DNA of 50,304 nt, filler included, from Basidiobolus ranarum (Eukaryota): NCBI GenBank assembly GCA_040143965.1. It is 2 parts of 2 records of this genome, joined end to end, with 100 filler letters (N's around TTAATTAATTAA, not from the genome) between each part and the next. Parts side by side here need not be neighbours in the genome. Positions count along the whole stretch, not along the records: positions 1 to 25,179 come from JASJQH010000144.1; 1 more part is not named here. The stretch is one strand, 5' to 3'. Under the pieces are notes generated by a model. That model was not told the origin of the DNA. It searched no databases and was given only the letters and a program-made list of their open reading frames with translations. Below, piece after piece: positions 1 through 17,834 of this stretch; position 1 is the first letter of the stretch; each line of letters begins with the position of its first letter. Both the position numbers and the translations under genes were made by a program.

Positions 1-2
1 GT

Positions 3-153
3 GTAATCAAGCTGTACCGCACTGAACAACATGGTAAGTTTCATCTTCATATTTCTATCACCCATCATAATTGTAGTATACAATGATGATTGCTTTGCCG
101 CCCCAGTCGATTGTAGTACCCAATGTGGCAAGAATTTTTCTTCTCTGCAGTAG
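3..153 (+). CDS. Possible 3' end of an upstream gene (partial, unknown product)
   Basis: Frame from position 3 is open (VIKLYRTEQH). A GTAAGT donor at 34 and a TTGTAG acceptor ending at 76 join it to YNDDCFAAPVDCSTQCGKNFSSLQ* ending at 153. No recognisable motif, and the intron would be only 43 nt. Confidence 0.25.
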
Positions 154-258
154 GTTCGAGGCCTATATAAGCAGATGTTCCGTCTTGTAAGCAACACCCA
201 TACCCTTCTTTATAACTTCGCTAACATAAAAAAATTCTAACCACTTTACTAATTAAAC

Positions 259-1257
259 ATGGGTGTTAAACTGTTGGATGAGCATTATTTGGTTATCTCT
301 GCTTTCGTCGTAGCGGCGTATCAACTTATCTATTTCTTCACAGCGTTGGTGTTTAGGCTTGAAAGAATGAAGATAGCTGTTGGCAGCATCAATTTTATAT
401 TGCTTGCTTTGTTGACTTTTGTCATTTCACAAACCTATTACACCAGACAGATAATTGCTTTTGCATTGGTGACTTTATGGGGACTTCGAGCTGCTGGTGA
501 TCAGATATTCCGTGTGATTCATAGCCTTCAAGTTGAAGATGAGTCAACCGTGAAGTGCTTTTCACTTTTTTCTTATACCTGCCTACAAATCATCTGGGTT
601 TGGGCTGTTTCTCTACCATCCACTATCTTGAATTCCCCCGCCGTGAGTAAGAGTAACCCTACTTTTGGTAGTGTTACTGATATCCTTGGACTAACTTTCT
701 GGATTCTCGGCTTTACCATAAGAGCTAGTATGTAGTTTAAATTTTATATTAACTGTTCTGTATATTTAACTATTGAGCTGTTTTTAGTCGCTGATTATCA
801 GAGAAACCGGCATTGCAGCCAACGCTTTAGCCAGCTTGATATACTCAAGTCTGGACTTTGGTCCTATTCCCGACATCCTAATTATTTTGGGGAAATCTTA
901 ACTTGGTGGGGCATGTTCCTTCTTTGCCTACAACCTACCCTTAGTACTGGATTAACTATTAGTTGGATCTCAGTACTGAGCCCTATAACTGTTCTTGTTG
1001 TACTTTTCTTTGTGACTGGCTTGTTGCATAGAGAGAAACCCACTCAACAGAAGTTTTACGAGAGCCCTGAGTTCTCTGCTTACAAAGACTATCTTGATAG
1101 AACATCTCTAATCGTCCCTATTCCTGGCTACATATACATCAAATTTCCACTATGGGTCAAGTCAGTGTTCTTCTTTGAATGGCCTATCTTCCGTTACGCT
1201 CCTGCCTGGAAGACTTCTTACGTCGGTCATAAAATTGGTTCTATGGAAGAGTTATAA
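259..1257 (+). CDS. DUF1295 / steroid 5-alpha-reductase-like polytopic membrane protein (2 exons)
   Basis: Intron 728-787 (GTATGT..TTTAG) joins ORFs 259 and 913. The spliced product reads AIADYQ...SGLWSYSRHPNYFGEILTWWG, the DUF1295 signature, and has several hydrophobic helices. Confidence 0.85.
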
Positions 1258-1928
1258 ATCATCTGTTATTGGAAAGCTCTGCTCGCAGAATCTCTCTATA
1301 TACTTGCGGACTCCCGGTACTGGAATCAGGTCTTTTCGTATCCATCATAAACTCTTAACATCCCGACTTCTGACCTTCTCTTCCAAGAGTGGATGTACAT
1401 GTATGCGTGTGACTTCACTGTTGGGTAGCTATATGAGGTTGTCACACTTCGTATATTTAAATTAACTTGGTGCGAGCATATCTTTATATATTCAGCTTTG
1501 TGCCGAAGAATTACAAACTTCTAGAGTGTTTATATCCTCTACTCTGTTTATAATTTGTTTATCATTGTTTAAATTCTGGTTCAGCTATTTGTAAATTTTT
1601 CTGAACCTCTCAAAAGCTCTTTAAAATATTTTTGTTACATTTCGTATAGGTTAGCTTTATCACGTAAATATGAACTTTCTTTGTTGCCTCATAACTATTG
1701 TAGTTTTTGAGCGAAAATTCCCTCCCTTTCAAAGGACGATTATCCATTATCCACATGACTTAAATCCATTTTTTCTTCATATTATAATATCCTGATTTTG
1801 AATCAAGATTGAAATTAAAGACTTGGTGATTACAAAATCATATTCGGACTTGTCTATTAAGAGGGTTCTCAATCGTAAATGAGTACAGAGTAGAGTGAGC
1901 GAAGGTTATCGCTGCATTGAAATCGAAT

Positions 1929-5594
<3,666 letters not shown>

Positions 5595-6463
5595 CCTAAT
5601 TATGAGCATCAAGATTAGCTGCTCGTTAGTTTAAAGTAACCCTGGGAAAGGTTTACCTCTGTATGGCACCTCAAGTGACGTTAGATTTAGTATCGGGATA
5701 GTAAGGGAAATAAAAGATCTCTAAGTATTGGACACAGCAAAGCAGGTTGTTGCACAAACAAGATATTAGTATAAATAAATGAGGGTTTGACTGAGCGAAG
5801 GATGGCTTTAAAACGAATGACGGCCTGTATAGCCATCCTAGTCTATCAAATTGAAATCTGCGCTTCTTGATGACTCTATTTACTAACTGCAGAGGTGTTC
5901 ATTAAATGTTTATATCAACAAATTTCCACAGAACTCAATTCATGGATGAAACTCTCGAGCCTGAAAATCGATTTTGCATTCCTTCTTGTATTGATGCTTT
6001 TGCAGAAGAAATGGACATATCATGTGTCGGCTTTTTATCATTTCGGCATATTTTGATCACGCAAGGGATGATCCTTGATCACTGAATACCCGTTATTGGT
6101 AAAAGGTAAAGTACTCGGTAATCAAAGCATAGATACCACCAGCATTAGTCAATCGACACTTGAAACCTCATTACCGTTTCTCTCTATTCTCACAAAGAAG
6201 CGTGGTTGGAAGGATATTCATGGCGAGGAGTGAACGACAAAAGCACAAGAGCCCTTTAAAGATTTCATCCAGGAACCACCCACTATCTATGAGATATTTA
6301 AGATACCATGGATAGTCATATACTAGGATTGCCTAATCTTAATGAGGCTATGTGCATACTAAAAATATGGAAACTATTCAAATCTTTTATTCAGTTCGAA
6401 TATACATGTGTGTGGGAGAAGCAACTTAAGAAGATAAGAATAGAGTGCCAGTGAAGTTATACA

Positions 6464-7237
6464 TCATAACTCTATATTTTGCTTCCAACTCTGAGCGATT
6501 AAATCTGAGTGCTGTTGAAGCATGGCTTTGTACTCTGCTTTGTTATCTAGTTCAACCTGTTGTCGTTTGAGTTCAAGCTCATGCAAGAGAGCAGCTTTTT
6601 GTTCAGCTCGATTGCTATTACCGAGACGTGTATTCTGCGAGGTGTAGAAATTAAGTAAAACATAGATAGACAGTGTGCTAGATTTTCTATCACTTTCTAT
6701 TCAAACATAGAACTTTCTTACCTCTGCAGTGTCGATTGTTGATTTGAGTGTAAATATATTTTCAGCAACCTCTTTTACTAATTATATTTTGCTTAGGCCA
6801 AATGATTTGACAAATATAACTAAACAAAAGTTACCATTCTTTTGGTGCTCCTTTAACATAACATCGGCGTCCTCTTCGAGACTATTTAGCTCGGTTTGTG
6901 CAGCTTTCAAATACTCTAAAGATCTCTTTAAATTTTCTGGTTCCCGATCTTGGCGAACAATCTTAAAAATACAAGAATGAAGAATAAGTTTTTGAGTACC
7001 AGGCTGACGATTAGCAAACTTAATCTAACCTCAAATTCATTTAAGACGAAGGAGGTTTCACGTTCGAGATTTTCCTTTGGATGATGAAATATGGTATCAA
7101 ATACACCAACAACATCTTAGTAAAGTAGATTGACCAAATTCAGACTAGCTTAAGTTAGAAGTAATAAGAGGGGTCGAAGTGGGTATACAGATAATACCTT
7201 CAAACACAGCCTCGTAGTTTGGTTTGTACTCAGTCAT
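6464..7237 (-). CDS. BLOC-1 subunit 5 (Muted)-like coiled-coil protein, about 159 aa, 5 exons; not in ORF track
   Basis: Exons 7237-7198, 7115-7030, 6961-6835, 6777-6722 and 6634-6464 splice in frame to MTEYKPNYEAVFEDVVGVFDTIFHHPKENLERETSFVLNEFEIVRQDREPENL... This matches my recollection of Muted (DLGEIHSRLLDH..IQGETRYFVKEFEEKRGLRE). The C-terminus is coiled-coil-like. Confidence 0.7.
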
Positions 7238-7439
7238 TCTATCTTTCAAATAAAAAAGTTGAAATAGTGCACTAAATACGTGGCTGTATTAAAATTAATG
7301 AGTTACCTTACAATTATGAATACAAATAAATTGTGGCCTTGGATTGATTAACCTCACGTGTTATCAGGAAATCCAACCGATATAATAATGTTACGAGAAC
7401 ACTGATACATAGTGGACAAGTCAAATACTACAGTAGCAG

Positions 7440-9112
7440 ATGTCAAGTAACAAGTCCACTTCTAAACCAGTTTTACGGGTCGCATTTGTTCATCCTGACT
7501 TGGGAATAGGTATATACTTTTATAATCAGCAATATTTACCCGGGTGGAAACTTACTAAGAGGAAACTACTTTGTAGGTGGAGCTGAAAGGCTGGTAGTGG
7601 ATTCTGCTGTTGGCCTTCAAAAACGCGGACATAAAGTAGTTATGTACACTTCGCATCACGATCCCAAGCATTGTTTTTCAGAAACGTCAGATGGTAGGAT
7701 ATCATTTTACAAACATTTGGTTTAACCATAGTTTAATTTCTTCTTTTTTCACATAGGGACCTTGGAAGTACGTGTACGAGGAAATACCATTGTTCCACGT
7801 TCTTTCTTTGGCTTATTTTACATCGTATGCGCCATCTTGCGTAATCTACACTTAACTCTGACTTTATTGAGAGACAAAGATGAGTACGACGTAATATTTT
7901 GCGACCAGTTATCAATATCGATCCCTTTGTTAAGATTCTCTGGCGCTAAGGTATTCATATGAAACTCACTTTAATACCTAACAAATGCGGAAGCTTACTA
8001 TTTTCTAGATATTATTTTACTGCCACTTCCCCGATAAACTATTATCTGAACGAAAATCGTTGTTGAAAAAACTCTACCGTTACCCAATTGATTATCTAGA
8101 AGAAGTTACTACTGGTTAGTTCACCTGAACAAAGCTCCAAGGTTGAAAAAATTGCTAATTATCCTGTACTCCTTAGGAATGGCCGACAAGATAGTAGTCA
8201 ATAGCCAATTTACGGCTTCTATATTTAAGAAATCTTTCAAGACCATCCAGGAAACTCCTGGAGTTTTGTATCCAAGTATTCATTTAGAGTCCTACGAACT
8301 ACAACCAGATCTTTCTAATCCTTCACTAAAGCCTCTTGTCTCGTAAGTATGATCTGACAATCCTTTACCTACCTCACAGTTTGACTTATTCTTATGATTT
8401 TAGCGACAAGAAAACCATCATTTCTATAAATAGATTTGAACGTAAGAAAAATATCGAATTAGGGGTTCATTCTTTTGCTCGTCTCCAAAACCTCATGAGT
8501 CCCGAGCAGTTCTCTCAACTTCGTTTGGTTGTTGCTGGTGGATATGATTTACGAGTATTGGAGAATGTGGAGTATTTGGAAGAGCTTAAAAACCTTGCTG
8601 AAAAACACGGATTAAGCACCTTTGTTATTGATCAGAAGTCTTTAGCCGTACCTCCAGAAAATACCAATGTTATCTTTTTACCTTCTTTTGATGAAGCGCA
8701 AAGAAGCTATCTCTTTTCTATCGCTTTGTGTCTATTATACACACCCAGTAATGAGCACTTTGGAATTGTCCCAGTTGAGTCCATGTACTCTCAAGTTCCA
8801 GTCATTGCTGTCAACAGTGGAGGCCCCAGAGAATCGGTAAAGCATGGTGTGACAGGATTTTTATGTGAGCCAACAACGGAAGCTTTTTCAACAGCAATCA
8901 ACAGAATATTTACCGGCGAAGTTGATGGTAAAGCCATGGGTGAAGTAGGAAAGAGACATGTACAAGAGGTATTTTCTCTCAATACCTTTATAGATTCACT
9001 TGAGCAGATTCTATTGAACATTCGTAAAAAATCCATTGCTTTCTTTTATCTTTCTGTATTGACGGTAGTCTTGACTGGTATTATCATGATGGGTTTAGTA
9101 TCAAATAATTGA
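7440..9112 (+). CDS. ALG2: Alpha-1,3/1,6-mannosyltransferase ALG2 (GT4), multi-exon
   Basis: Motifs [54 protein letters not shown] and [15 protein letters not shown], plus a C-terminal TM segment. Confidence 0.95.
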
Positions 9113-9315
9113 TGGTCAATAAGTATTTAGAATAAATGGACCTGTTCAGTTCTACTGTCGAGATACACATTAAAATTTTTCTACATTTCATTCATATAGA
9201 TTCTGCATTTCACGACAACTGTTCTATATAATTTGTAATGTTAGGATGGATCTCAAGTGTAGTGTTTATTTTATGGATATATATAAATCCATTTACTATA
9301 TTCAATTTAGTCATG

Positions 9316-12300
9316 TTATATCTCATCATCATGTTTATGAATCTCTTGTTCAAAGAACACATCTAGTTCATCTAAAGTTTCAATCATAGCTTGATATTGA
9401 CGTTCATACTCCTCATCTCCAATTACCTCTTCCTCCATACTATTCTGATTAGCGACTGAAGATTCGCTATTTTCTAGCTGGGTCGAAGAGGTTGTAAAGT
9501 TTGTTGAGTGATCCTGAATTGAAAACTGAAAATGCGAGAAATAGGGAACTTTATCAACACATTCTAAGGCACAGCCATGAACTACTGCCATCACGTTAGC
9601 CCGGGGCAATTTAGCAGTGTGTGATGGGTACCGAATCCACCATCCGGAGGCATGATCCACTGCGAATGTGAAGCGCTCTTGGCCGTTGGAGGTGAAAGGT
9701 AAAGAGGGAATAATATGCTCAGTAGTATGTTCTCTGTTACTCTGATTATTTTTGGTGAAGTTCGAGGTGGTTGAAGTGTTCATTGCTTCTTCCAAGACAG
9801 CAAAGGCATCTTCGGCAAATTCCGTTTGAAGTAAGCGAAGTAAGGGTGCTAAAAGAACAAAGCTATCTTCTTCCGCACACCCAACAGGATCTAGAAAGTC
9901 TACATATGGAAAGGCGACTTTAAGAATCTTGAGAGTATTACGTTTGATCGAATCATTTTGATTAGGGAGCAATTCCAACAGGAATTTCATTGCATCAGAG
10001 GCATATTTCGGAAAATAAGTATCCTTTAATGCGCTAAACAATTGTCGTAAATAATCCTCCTTAGCGCGATAACGTTTTCGACCATACATCAACAGCACTC
10101 TCCCGATATTATCAAGTCCACAAGCGTTGGCTTTTGTTGCAAGTAAATCAGTTATATCAAGATAAGGATTATTAACATGTTGATCTAACGCATCCATGAT
10201 AATAGGCAAGTTTGCTAGGATGGCGAAAAGCATTCTACCTTCTGAAGGATCGATCAACCAACAATCCTCAAATGTAACAAGCCTATTTATCAGTGATAAA
10301 GCTCGGGGTTGAACCTTGGAAGAGACTAAACCTTTGAGGAGTAATGTTTGAAATCCTGGGAACTGGCCATCCCATTCTTCCGGAAAACTGTCCTCTAAAG
10401 AAAGCATCCAGCTTCCATTATCCTCGCCAATGTATTCGATCATCTGGTCAAACATACCTAATGCTTCGGAGTATTCATCCTCGTTGATTGTGCATAGACA
10501 CGCCATAGCTGCCCAAAAAATGTGTGGGAACAGTGGCGAAGTATAAACTTCTACATCGTCTACGATTTTCCTCAGAGTATAGAGAATTTCAAGGCAAAAG
10601 CTTTGGATTTCATCCGAAGTATCTGAAATCGTATTGCTTAGACGAGCAAGTATGTCAGCCAACATAGTCATATCCATGGAGGGCATTAAATGCCTGAATA
10701 TTTGAAAAGAAATGCACGCAATATTGCGCACTGGACAACAGGTAGCCCAGTTGAGAGATATCATCCCCCACTTCTGGCGAATCTGCAAATCCTCATCGAT
10801 CAAAATATCAACCAACTCATTCACAACCTCCGAAATATCCACAGGATTCAGCTCTTGTCTCTCCTGGAGCGGCGATATTTTCAATTTCTGGCAAAAGCTT
10901 CCGGCTTTATCTACGGTAGCTTGATTGTTCGACTTGTCGATGATGATTGAATGGATAAGATTAATCATGAGCTGTCGAGTCTGTTCGCTCACAAGTGTAA
11001 TAAAATGATTGAGATGAACAGAAGCGGCATGAAGTAAAATCGGCAAGTGAGGCTTAAGTAAACCTTCAGCTTCAATGGCAAGATCAGTCAATAAGATGAT
11101 TGCCAGCTGACCTTTAGAAAAAGCAGGGCGCTTGGGATAAAGAACCAAGACGTCATCAATGTTCGCTACAAATAAATATGAAGATTTCTGTCGAGTTTGG
11201 TGATTAGGCGATGAAATGATGTGCGGAATTAGTGTCTCTGGAACAATGGTTGCAACAAATTCGTTGATCATGTTGGTGGCAGCTGGTGTTCGACCAATAA
11301 AGATTATGATTTTTTTAGCATGTACAACGAAGCCTGGATTTCGTTTTTCCAACCCGAGATCTAATAAATATGTAAGAATGACTTTCATATTTTGAGTGTT
11401 ACTACCCACTACAAGTTCAGCCCAGATTGTCTCTATTTCTTTAAAATACACATCTCCATGCTTAATGGTAATATAGAACAAATTAGTCAATACCATAATT
11501 GATAATCCAGAAATAGATCCATCAGTGAAAAACTCTAGCGTCACGTTTCGAATCCAAGGGATCAAAAGGAGTAATGTATCTCTCTTCACGTTCGCGTTCA
11601 CCGATTCGAACCGCATGACTAACTCGGAAAGAAGCTCGTAAGTTAATTCTGGATGATCTCGTGCCAGTTTCCCAGATAAAGCCGCTTGTGCCTGCTTATA
11701 TATGGTTGGTAAATGGCTTTCAATTGTATTCTCGAAATCACGCGCACACCGTACGAGGGTAAACCGGGTTTCAACAGAGCAAAGAAGTTTGATTGCGTGC
11801 AATCTTATTTCAACATTTGGATCCGCGATTTTAAAAAGTGCAAGACAAATTATCTTGTAAGGATAGTATGGGTAGTTCTCTGTTTGCGCTAATACATCGG
11901 CAAGGACTGAAAAACATCCTTGCGTTGACTTTAAATTTGGATTTCCAATATAGCATTCGTGCACAACGTCCTCAAGAAGAAGTGGATGCTTTTGATTGTG
12001 AACAAGCAAAGACTCTAAAGCCGACCTATGAAAGGTTGAACATTAATAAGATGATTAAATTTGATCCAAAAACGAACATTAGGTAATACTTCGCAATATG
12101 GTGAACGCCACCATCGGGACTATTGAAAACAGAATTCATCCACCGAAACAGAGCAACAACATCAAATGAAGCCACACCTTTTTTTGACCTAGAGCGACCG
12201 ACAGTTGTAGTAATAGGACCTTTCTAAATTACATTCCAAGAATAAGAATAACGCGCAAACTAAAAAAATAAGGTGCTTATTACTGACACATAGGGCCGCC

Positions 12301-15300
12301 ATTGCTTTTAGTGCAGCACTTTCCAATCCCTTTCGTTCTTCTTCCATAATTGTAGTCATCGCGCCACGTTCCCGAATATCTTTATATTGGTCTAATACAG
12401 TTAACATCATCCTTGCCTCACGATCTCGAGTGGAAGAGCCGAATTGTCCATGACCACACCAATCTTCAAGCATTTTGAATAAAGATATTCGCAGTTCGAA
12501 CGATATATATCTGGTGGATTCACTGAGTAAAATGATACTATTATAAACTTTCTCCACTAAACCACAAAAATATTTTCGCAATTTTTGAAACTCCCAATCA
12601 GTTTGAACTTCGGGGTCGTAAAGAAAAGATTTACATTCCTTGACGAAACCGACAATGGCATCCATGACAAACTCGTCATGTAAGTGGTTATTATCTTGCA
12701 AATAGTGAGAAGTCGATTGATAAACATGAGCTATTTCTGTGCGCAATCGATCATTCCTCTTGTTACGTTTGTTTTGACTCGGTTTTTGACTATTTTTACT
12801 TTTCGGATCTTCAAAAACACTCTTTGCGAATTGTTCGAGATCTTCTATCAAAACGCGATAAGCGTTGCTGTTAATGTGACCCAAAGCGGTAACAACTGCA
12901 TCTCGAATCGAGGTTTGATCAGATGAAAGAAAAGGCAGTACCATTCTAAAAAGGTCGCGTGCAGAGGAGATTTTCTCAATACTAGCGAAAGCGGAACGTT
13001 TTCGTCGAACGATGGTATTTATTTGTGTGTAGTCGTCAGCCATGGCGATAGTTAAACATGTAAATACCAAGTATATTTTCCACTGCTCTATATATTTGTC
13101 ATTCACTCGTACAACTTTAGAGGCCCATCGATTAGGGAGACTAGGTAAACTCGGTCTACCAGAATTTGTAACATTAGCTGGCTTAGAATAAGTCTCTGCA
13201 GTATGAATTACCAGTGATTGCATGGACAATAGTCTAGAACAGATAATGTTTTGAGTGAGTGCTACGATAATAGGACATTTGTCATAGCATATTTTAATCA
13301 ACACAGGAAAGCATCGAGCCCAGGCAGCCAGGTCTTCAGGCTCACTCTTTGAAGCGATGGAAATCAAAATGGACGTTGTAGATTCCCGCTGACGTTGCTT
13401 ACGAACTTGTTCGGTGACTTGAAGCGCACTAGAAAGTTTACTTCCTCGGCCATAAGTTTTTACGATATTGTTCCCCTCTTGCTCAAGAATATCAATAATA
13501 TGAATTTGCGGTTGTTGGTTTTGAGGTAAATAGCCTTGATCACTGTTAGTGGAAGTCCTTTTTCTTAAGCTCATCGTTTTGTCAAATGTTGCTGAAAGAC
13601 TTAGAATTTCAATTGCGTATTTTCGGATTAAAGGAGATTGATTACATAAGAAAAATATCCCATTAGACTCGGTTTCAGTTATTAAATTCCAAACTTGATT
13701 GTATTTGTTATGGTCTTCTTCTTTATCCAGAGTAAAGTGTAACTCTATATCGCTTTGCCAAACATGAAGTAGCTGCACATATAGGTTTAATAACACAGCA
13801 TCAGATTTCGTATTGCTATCAGAAAATCCGCATGTTAGCAATTCAGCGAAGCGATCTTCGATCTTAATAATAAATCTGGAGAACGTAGACACAACTTTTA
13901 ACGCATCACATTGTTTGGCGATACGAATCAAAGCCTCGGTGGATGCTCGACCTAAATTTGGATCCACATGGATTGTATAGCGACAAAGCATTTCAATAAA
14001 TGTTTGAAGTGGAATGCCAGTAGGCATACATCTGGGAGCAGCCTCAATACACGCTCTCATTAGATCGAAGTAAGGTTGCTTATCTTTCATATAAGACACT
14101 GTTAAACTAGACATATGTACATATGTTTGTTGAACCTCGTAAGTCAACTCTTTAGCAGCATTTGCTATAGCATTGGTGGCCGAGGTGTTTCGATTATTGA
14201 GATATCGTTCGTCACATAAGAGCATTCCACCAAACGATTGATCTAAGATCGTAGTTATTATGCCCAAAATGCCATTCATTTTTTTAAGTGAATCTCTCTG
14301 ACCTATCCGATTCAGAACTTGCCCAGAGAGTACATCGGTATTCGGTTGCGATACAATTGAGAAGTCAGAAGTATATCCACTTTCTCCTCTAGGGAATGGG
14401 GGACGATATTCAGATCGCTCCAGGCTGGATAGAAAAAGTAAATATGCTTTAATAGCAATAACGGTACGTTCTGGGTAAATGTTTTCAATTGTAGGATCCA
14501 AAGTAGAAATATCATCGTAACCTATGAGTGTAGAAGAAACGTACTTCATGACATTGTTTGAATCCCACAAACATATGAAATGAATGGTTTGAATGAAGTC
14601 GTCAAGAGGCGTGTCAGGAGGATTGATCTGTCGTCGTCCGGGTGGGAAAATGGTTTTCAAGATTGTTTCTAACTTTTTGTATATATTGCTGGCGCTTTCG
14701 GTACACCGATTTAAATACACCCATATCAAACGAGTGATACAAGTTAATGCCATCTGCCGAGATCCTTTATCCTGTATAAACGAGATTCAGCTAACAAGAT
14801 CTATAGCACCATCAAATGCAAATAATACCTTGAATCGTTGAATGCACGAATCCATAAAGGCCCACCATTTGGACAAAAAGAACTCTTTGCGACTGACACA
14901 TAAAAGAATTGACATTAAAGGATAAGCCACCTGATGAGATGAGCGTAAGTAAGCTAAATAATAGACAACATTCAAAATCAATTGGCTTACATCCCAATGG
15001 CGCAATTTTGTACACATTTTAAAGGCCTTTGGATAAATACTGTCTATTGTTTCGATCCAAGCCTGAATATTTACCTCTGCCAAGGCAACCTGATGCAAAT
15101 ACAACACTTTTAGTAAAAGATAAAATGATATATCGTTAACAAATTACTGAGCTTACTGCAGCTATAGGAGCCAGCATTTCTACAAATACTTGTGCGTAAG
15201 CATGCTTTATTTTCATACTGCGAGTCGTTTTGAAAAATTTTCCACAGCTCTGGAGAAAATCGGCAGTCTCTTCTAGAGCGTCAGCGGGATATATCTATTT

Positions 15301-16681
15301 TTTCAAAGTTTACACATCAGGATATATATCTAACAAAGAGAGCCATCCATTTACTGACCTTGAGTTTTAAGCATCTCATACCTCTAATGATTAACTCGTA
15401 TGAGCTTTCCCTCCCGCCCTGTGGTTCTTTTTCAAGCTCGGCAATAAACCGATCACTCATAGAAGTGAATCTAAAGAAAAAGTTATGTTAAATTGGCCAA
15501 TATATCCATATTATGAGTTTAAGCTTTTACCGAATGTTAGAAAGCCAGCCAATTAACTCGGCATATAAATTGACAATCGCTCGGTAAGCAGGCGACCTTA
15601 ACAAAGCTTCACTATATAGGTAACAAGGTAAGCTAGATTTTTGAGAGATGATTACACGAAGAAACATACGGGTCAGCCGACTTTAGTTGATGAAATACGA
15701 CTTCCTCAAGTTTGATTCCAAGGTCATTTGGGAGAGAGCCAGATTTCAATTGTTTAATGACCTCTATTAAAGCTCGACATAGGATAAACTTGGTGATAAG
15801 CTTTCTCAAATTTGATTGTGTTATTGTGATGGAATTTTGCAGTAAGATATGGAATTTCAAGACTTCACAATACCAACCATTTTTCGACGCTTTAGCATGT
15901 TTGCTGTAGCCATTATAGAAGCTTCTCTTCTGAAAATCATTATAATAAATTTTAATAAGTTACCTAAGATGTGCTCCTTGTATAAATAAAATAAAACATA
16001 CAAAGATCGCTTTCCGCTGGGAGTTTCCATAGTTTCGTTGACCTTGCGCTCCCACGACATCAGCGACTCTATCACGGGGCTCGGCTGGTATCGAGCAACT
16101 AATCCCAAGGAAAGTAAAATTTTGTCGAAAGCTTGGTCAGCACCACTACTTAATTGGCGAACAAATTCTGATTCAATCTGCTAGAGAAACGTTTTAATAA
16201 CAAAGAAATAATCTCCAGTACGAATGGTATCAAGAATTTTGATCCATGAAGAACATACCTGTTCACTCCTTAAGAACTCGCTAACTTTACGCTCTGCTGT
16301 TTTTCCGAACTCTGTAAAAATCGCCTCCAGGACAAATTCAGCTGGAGTTCGTGGCTGTTGATTCTCAGGTAATAATTTTGTATGTACAGATTCATTATTG
16401 GGGCAGCTACTGGCTTCGAAAGTGGAAGAAAAACTGTGAATGTAAAGGTTTGCGTTGCTGTTGCTGTTGTTAGTTTGTTCAGGTATCAATCCATTTTGGT
16501 GGAAATTATCTTGTATGGGAGAGGAAGCTAAAATTAAGGTAGAATCGTAGTCTGAATTTAGCTCTGAAGTAGTCGAAATCTGTGAAGCCGGTGAATCAGG
16601 CACATATTGAAAATTGGATGTCTGCTTTGGTGAATTTATCAGGTCAGCATCTGTCAAAATCTTCAAGTCAGCTGGCTCCAT
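9316..16681 (-). CDS. TAO3: RAM/MOR network scaffold Tao3/Pag1/Mor2 (Furry family), more than 2000 aa, multi-exon
   Basis: Exons (ORFs 16181-16681, 15857-16108, 15633-15860, 14787-15107, 12189-14753, 9316-12009) carry MOR2-PAG1 features: LLCVSRKEFFLSKW, RLIWVYLNRCTES, WATCCPVRNIACISFQIFR, ILARLSNTISD and HIFWAAMACL. Confidence 0.9.
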
Positions 16682-17225
16682 TTATTTGGGGATGAGAAGA
16701 GCTAAACACAAGGAATTATTGTGAACTTGAATGGTCACGCTCTACTAAGAATATCGTACAAAAATTAATCTATTTTATACAAATAAATTGGAACAGTGAA
16801 TTTTATTATAAACATTCATTTTATACAATTCAATTAAACAATGTCTCTAAATGCACTATCCATTACGTTCGTTGTAGTTCGTTCTTGATACCATTTAAAG
16901 CCAAAATAACACATATCTTCCTGAATTCAGCTTATTTGCAAATATTCAACGTTCTGTTACGAATATCAATTATGGAGAGTTTTATACCTATATATAACGC
17001 TTATGGCGGTGTGTAAGTCAAAAACCAAATTTCTGGAAACCAAGTGCGAAAAAAGAATGTGTTTATTTCTGGGTATGGACGATTCTAGTGAGACCGTGAG
17101 CATGAGGCTCGATGATCGGTTTTAGTAAAGTAATATCCAGAATCCTCAAACTATTGCCATGTTCTAAGCAGTCGCTCAACGGGTGTTCGCTACCTAAGAA
17201 AGCATGGACAGCCAAGAGATCTAAC

Positions 17226-17532
17226 TTAGAGACCCAACTTAGTACGACGCCAGTGTCTACGCTTAGCGTTATATCTGATCTTGTTGTCAGTTCTCAAACG
17301 GATCCAGTGAGGAATGGGTCTGTTTTGCTTTTGCTTCTTGCCAAGAATGCGCTTGATCTTGAAAGACTTTTGGGAAGGCTAAACACAATGGAATTAGATA
17401 TAGTCAATTCCGATGATATATAACAGTGTGCAATGTCCTGTTAACGATAAAATAAACCTATCCACCATTGCTGCCATACACCAGCAAACTAAGAATTGAT
17501 GGATGGATGTTTGAAAATAGATTTCTTACCAT
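17226..17532 (-). CDS. RPL39: 60S ribosomal protein L39 (eL39), 51 aa; not in ORF track
   Basis: Exon 1 coding part is the ATG alone (17532-17530). Intron 17529-17379 is GTAAGA..TTTAG. Exon 2 (17378-17226) reads [50 protein letters not shown]. Confidence 0.97.
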
Positions 17533-17834
17533 GGTAACTAGAAACGTACAGCCAAAGAGGAAGAACCTTTTTCGTAGAAAATTCTTGAGTGATAAATCAG
17601 TATTCAAATTTTTGGGGGACTATTATTTAGACCCCACTTTAGATTTAAATCGAAAAAAGTTAAATATTATAAATGTATTATGAATGTTCTACACATAGTT
17701 CCTCACTAGTATGAAGAACAGAATGATACCAATAATTGATTCATATAATATGTTTAATATAATATAATAAAAACAAGCATCATTATTTTTGGACACCTTG
17801 TTCAAATTATCTTCGTAGAAATATTACCCAACTG

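Noticed and set aside
17112-17423. 103-aa plus-strand ORF
   Set aside because: It is the antisense shadow of RPL39 exon 2.
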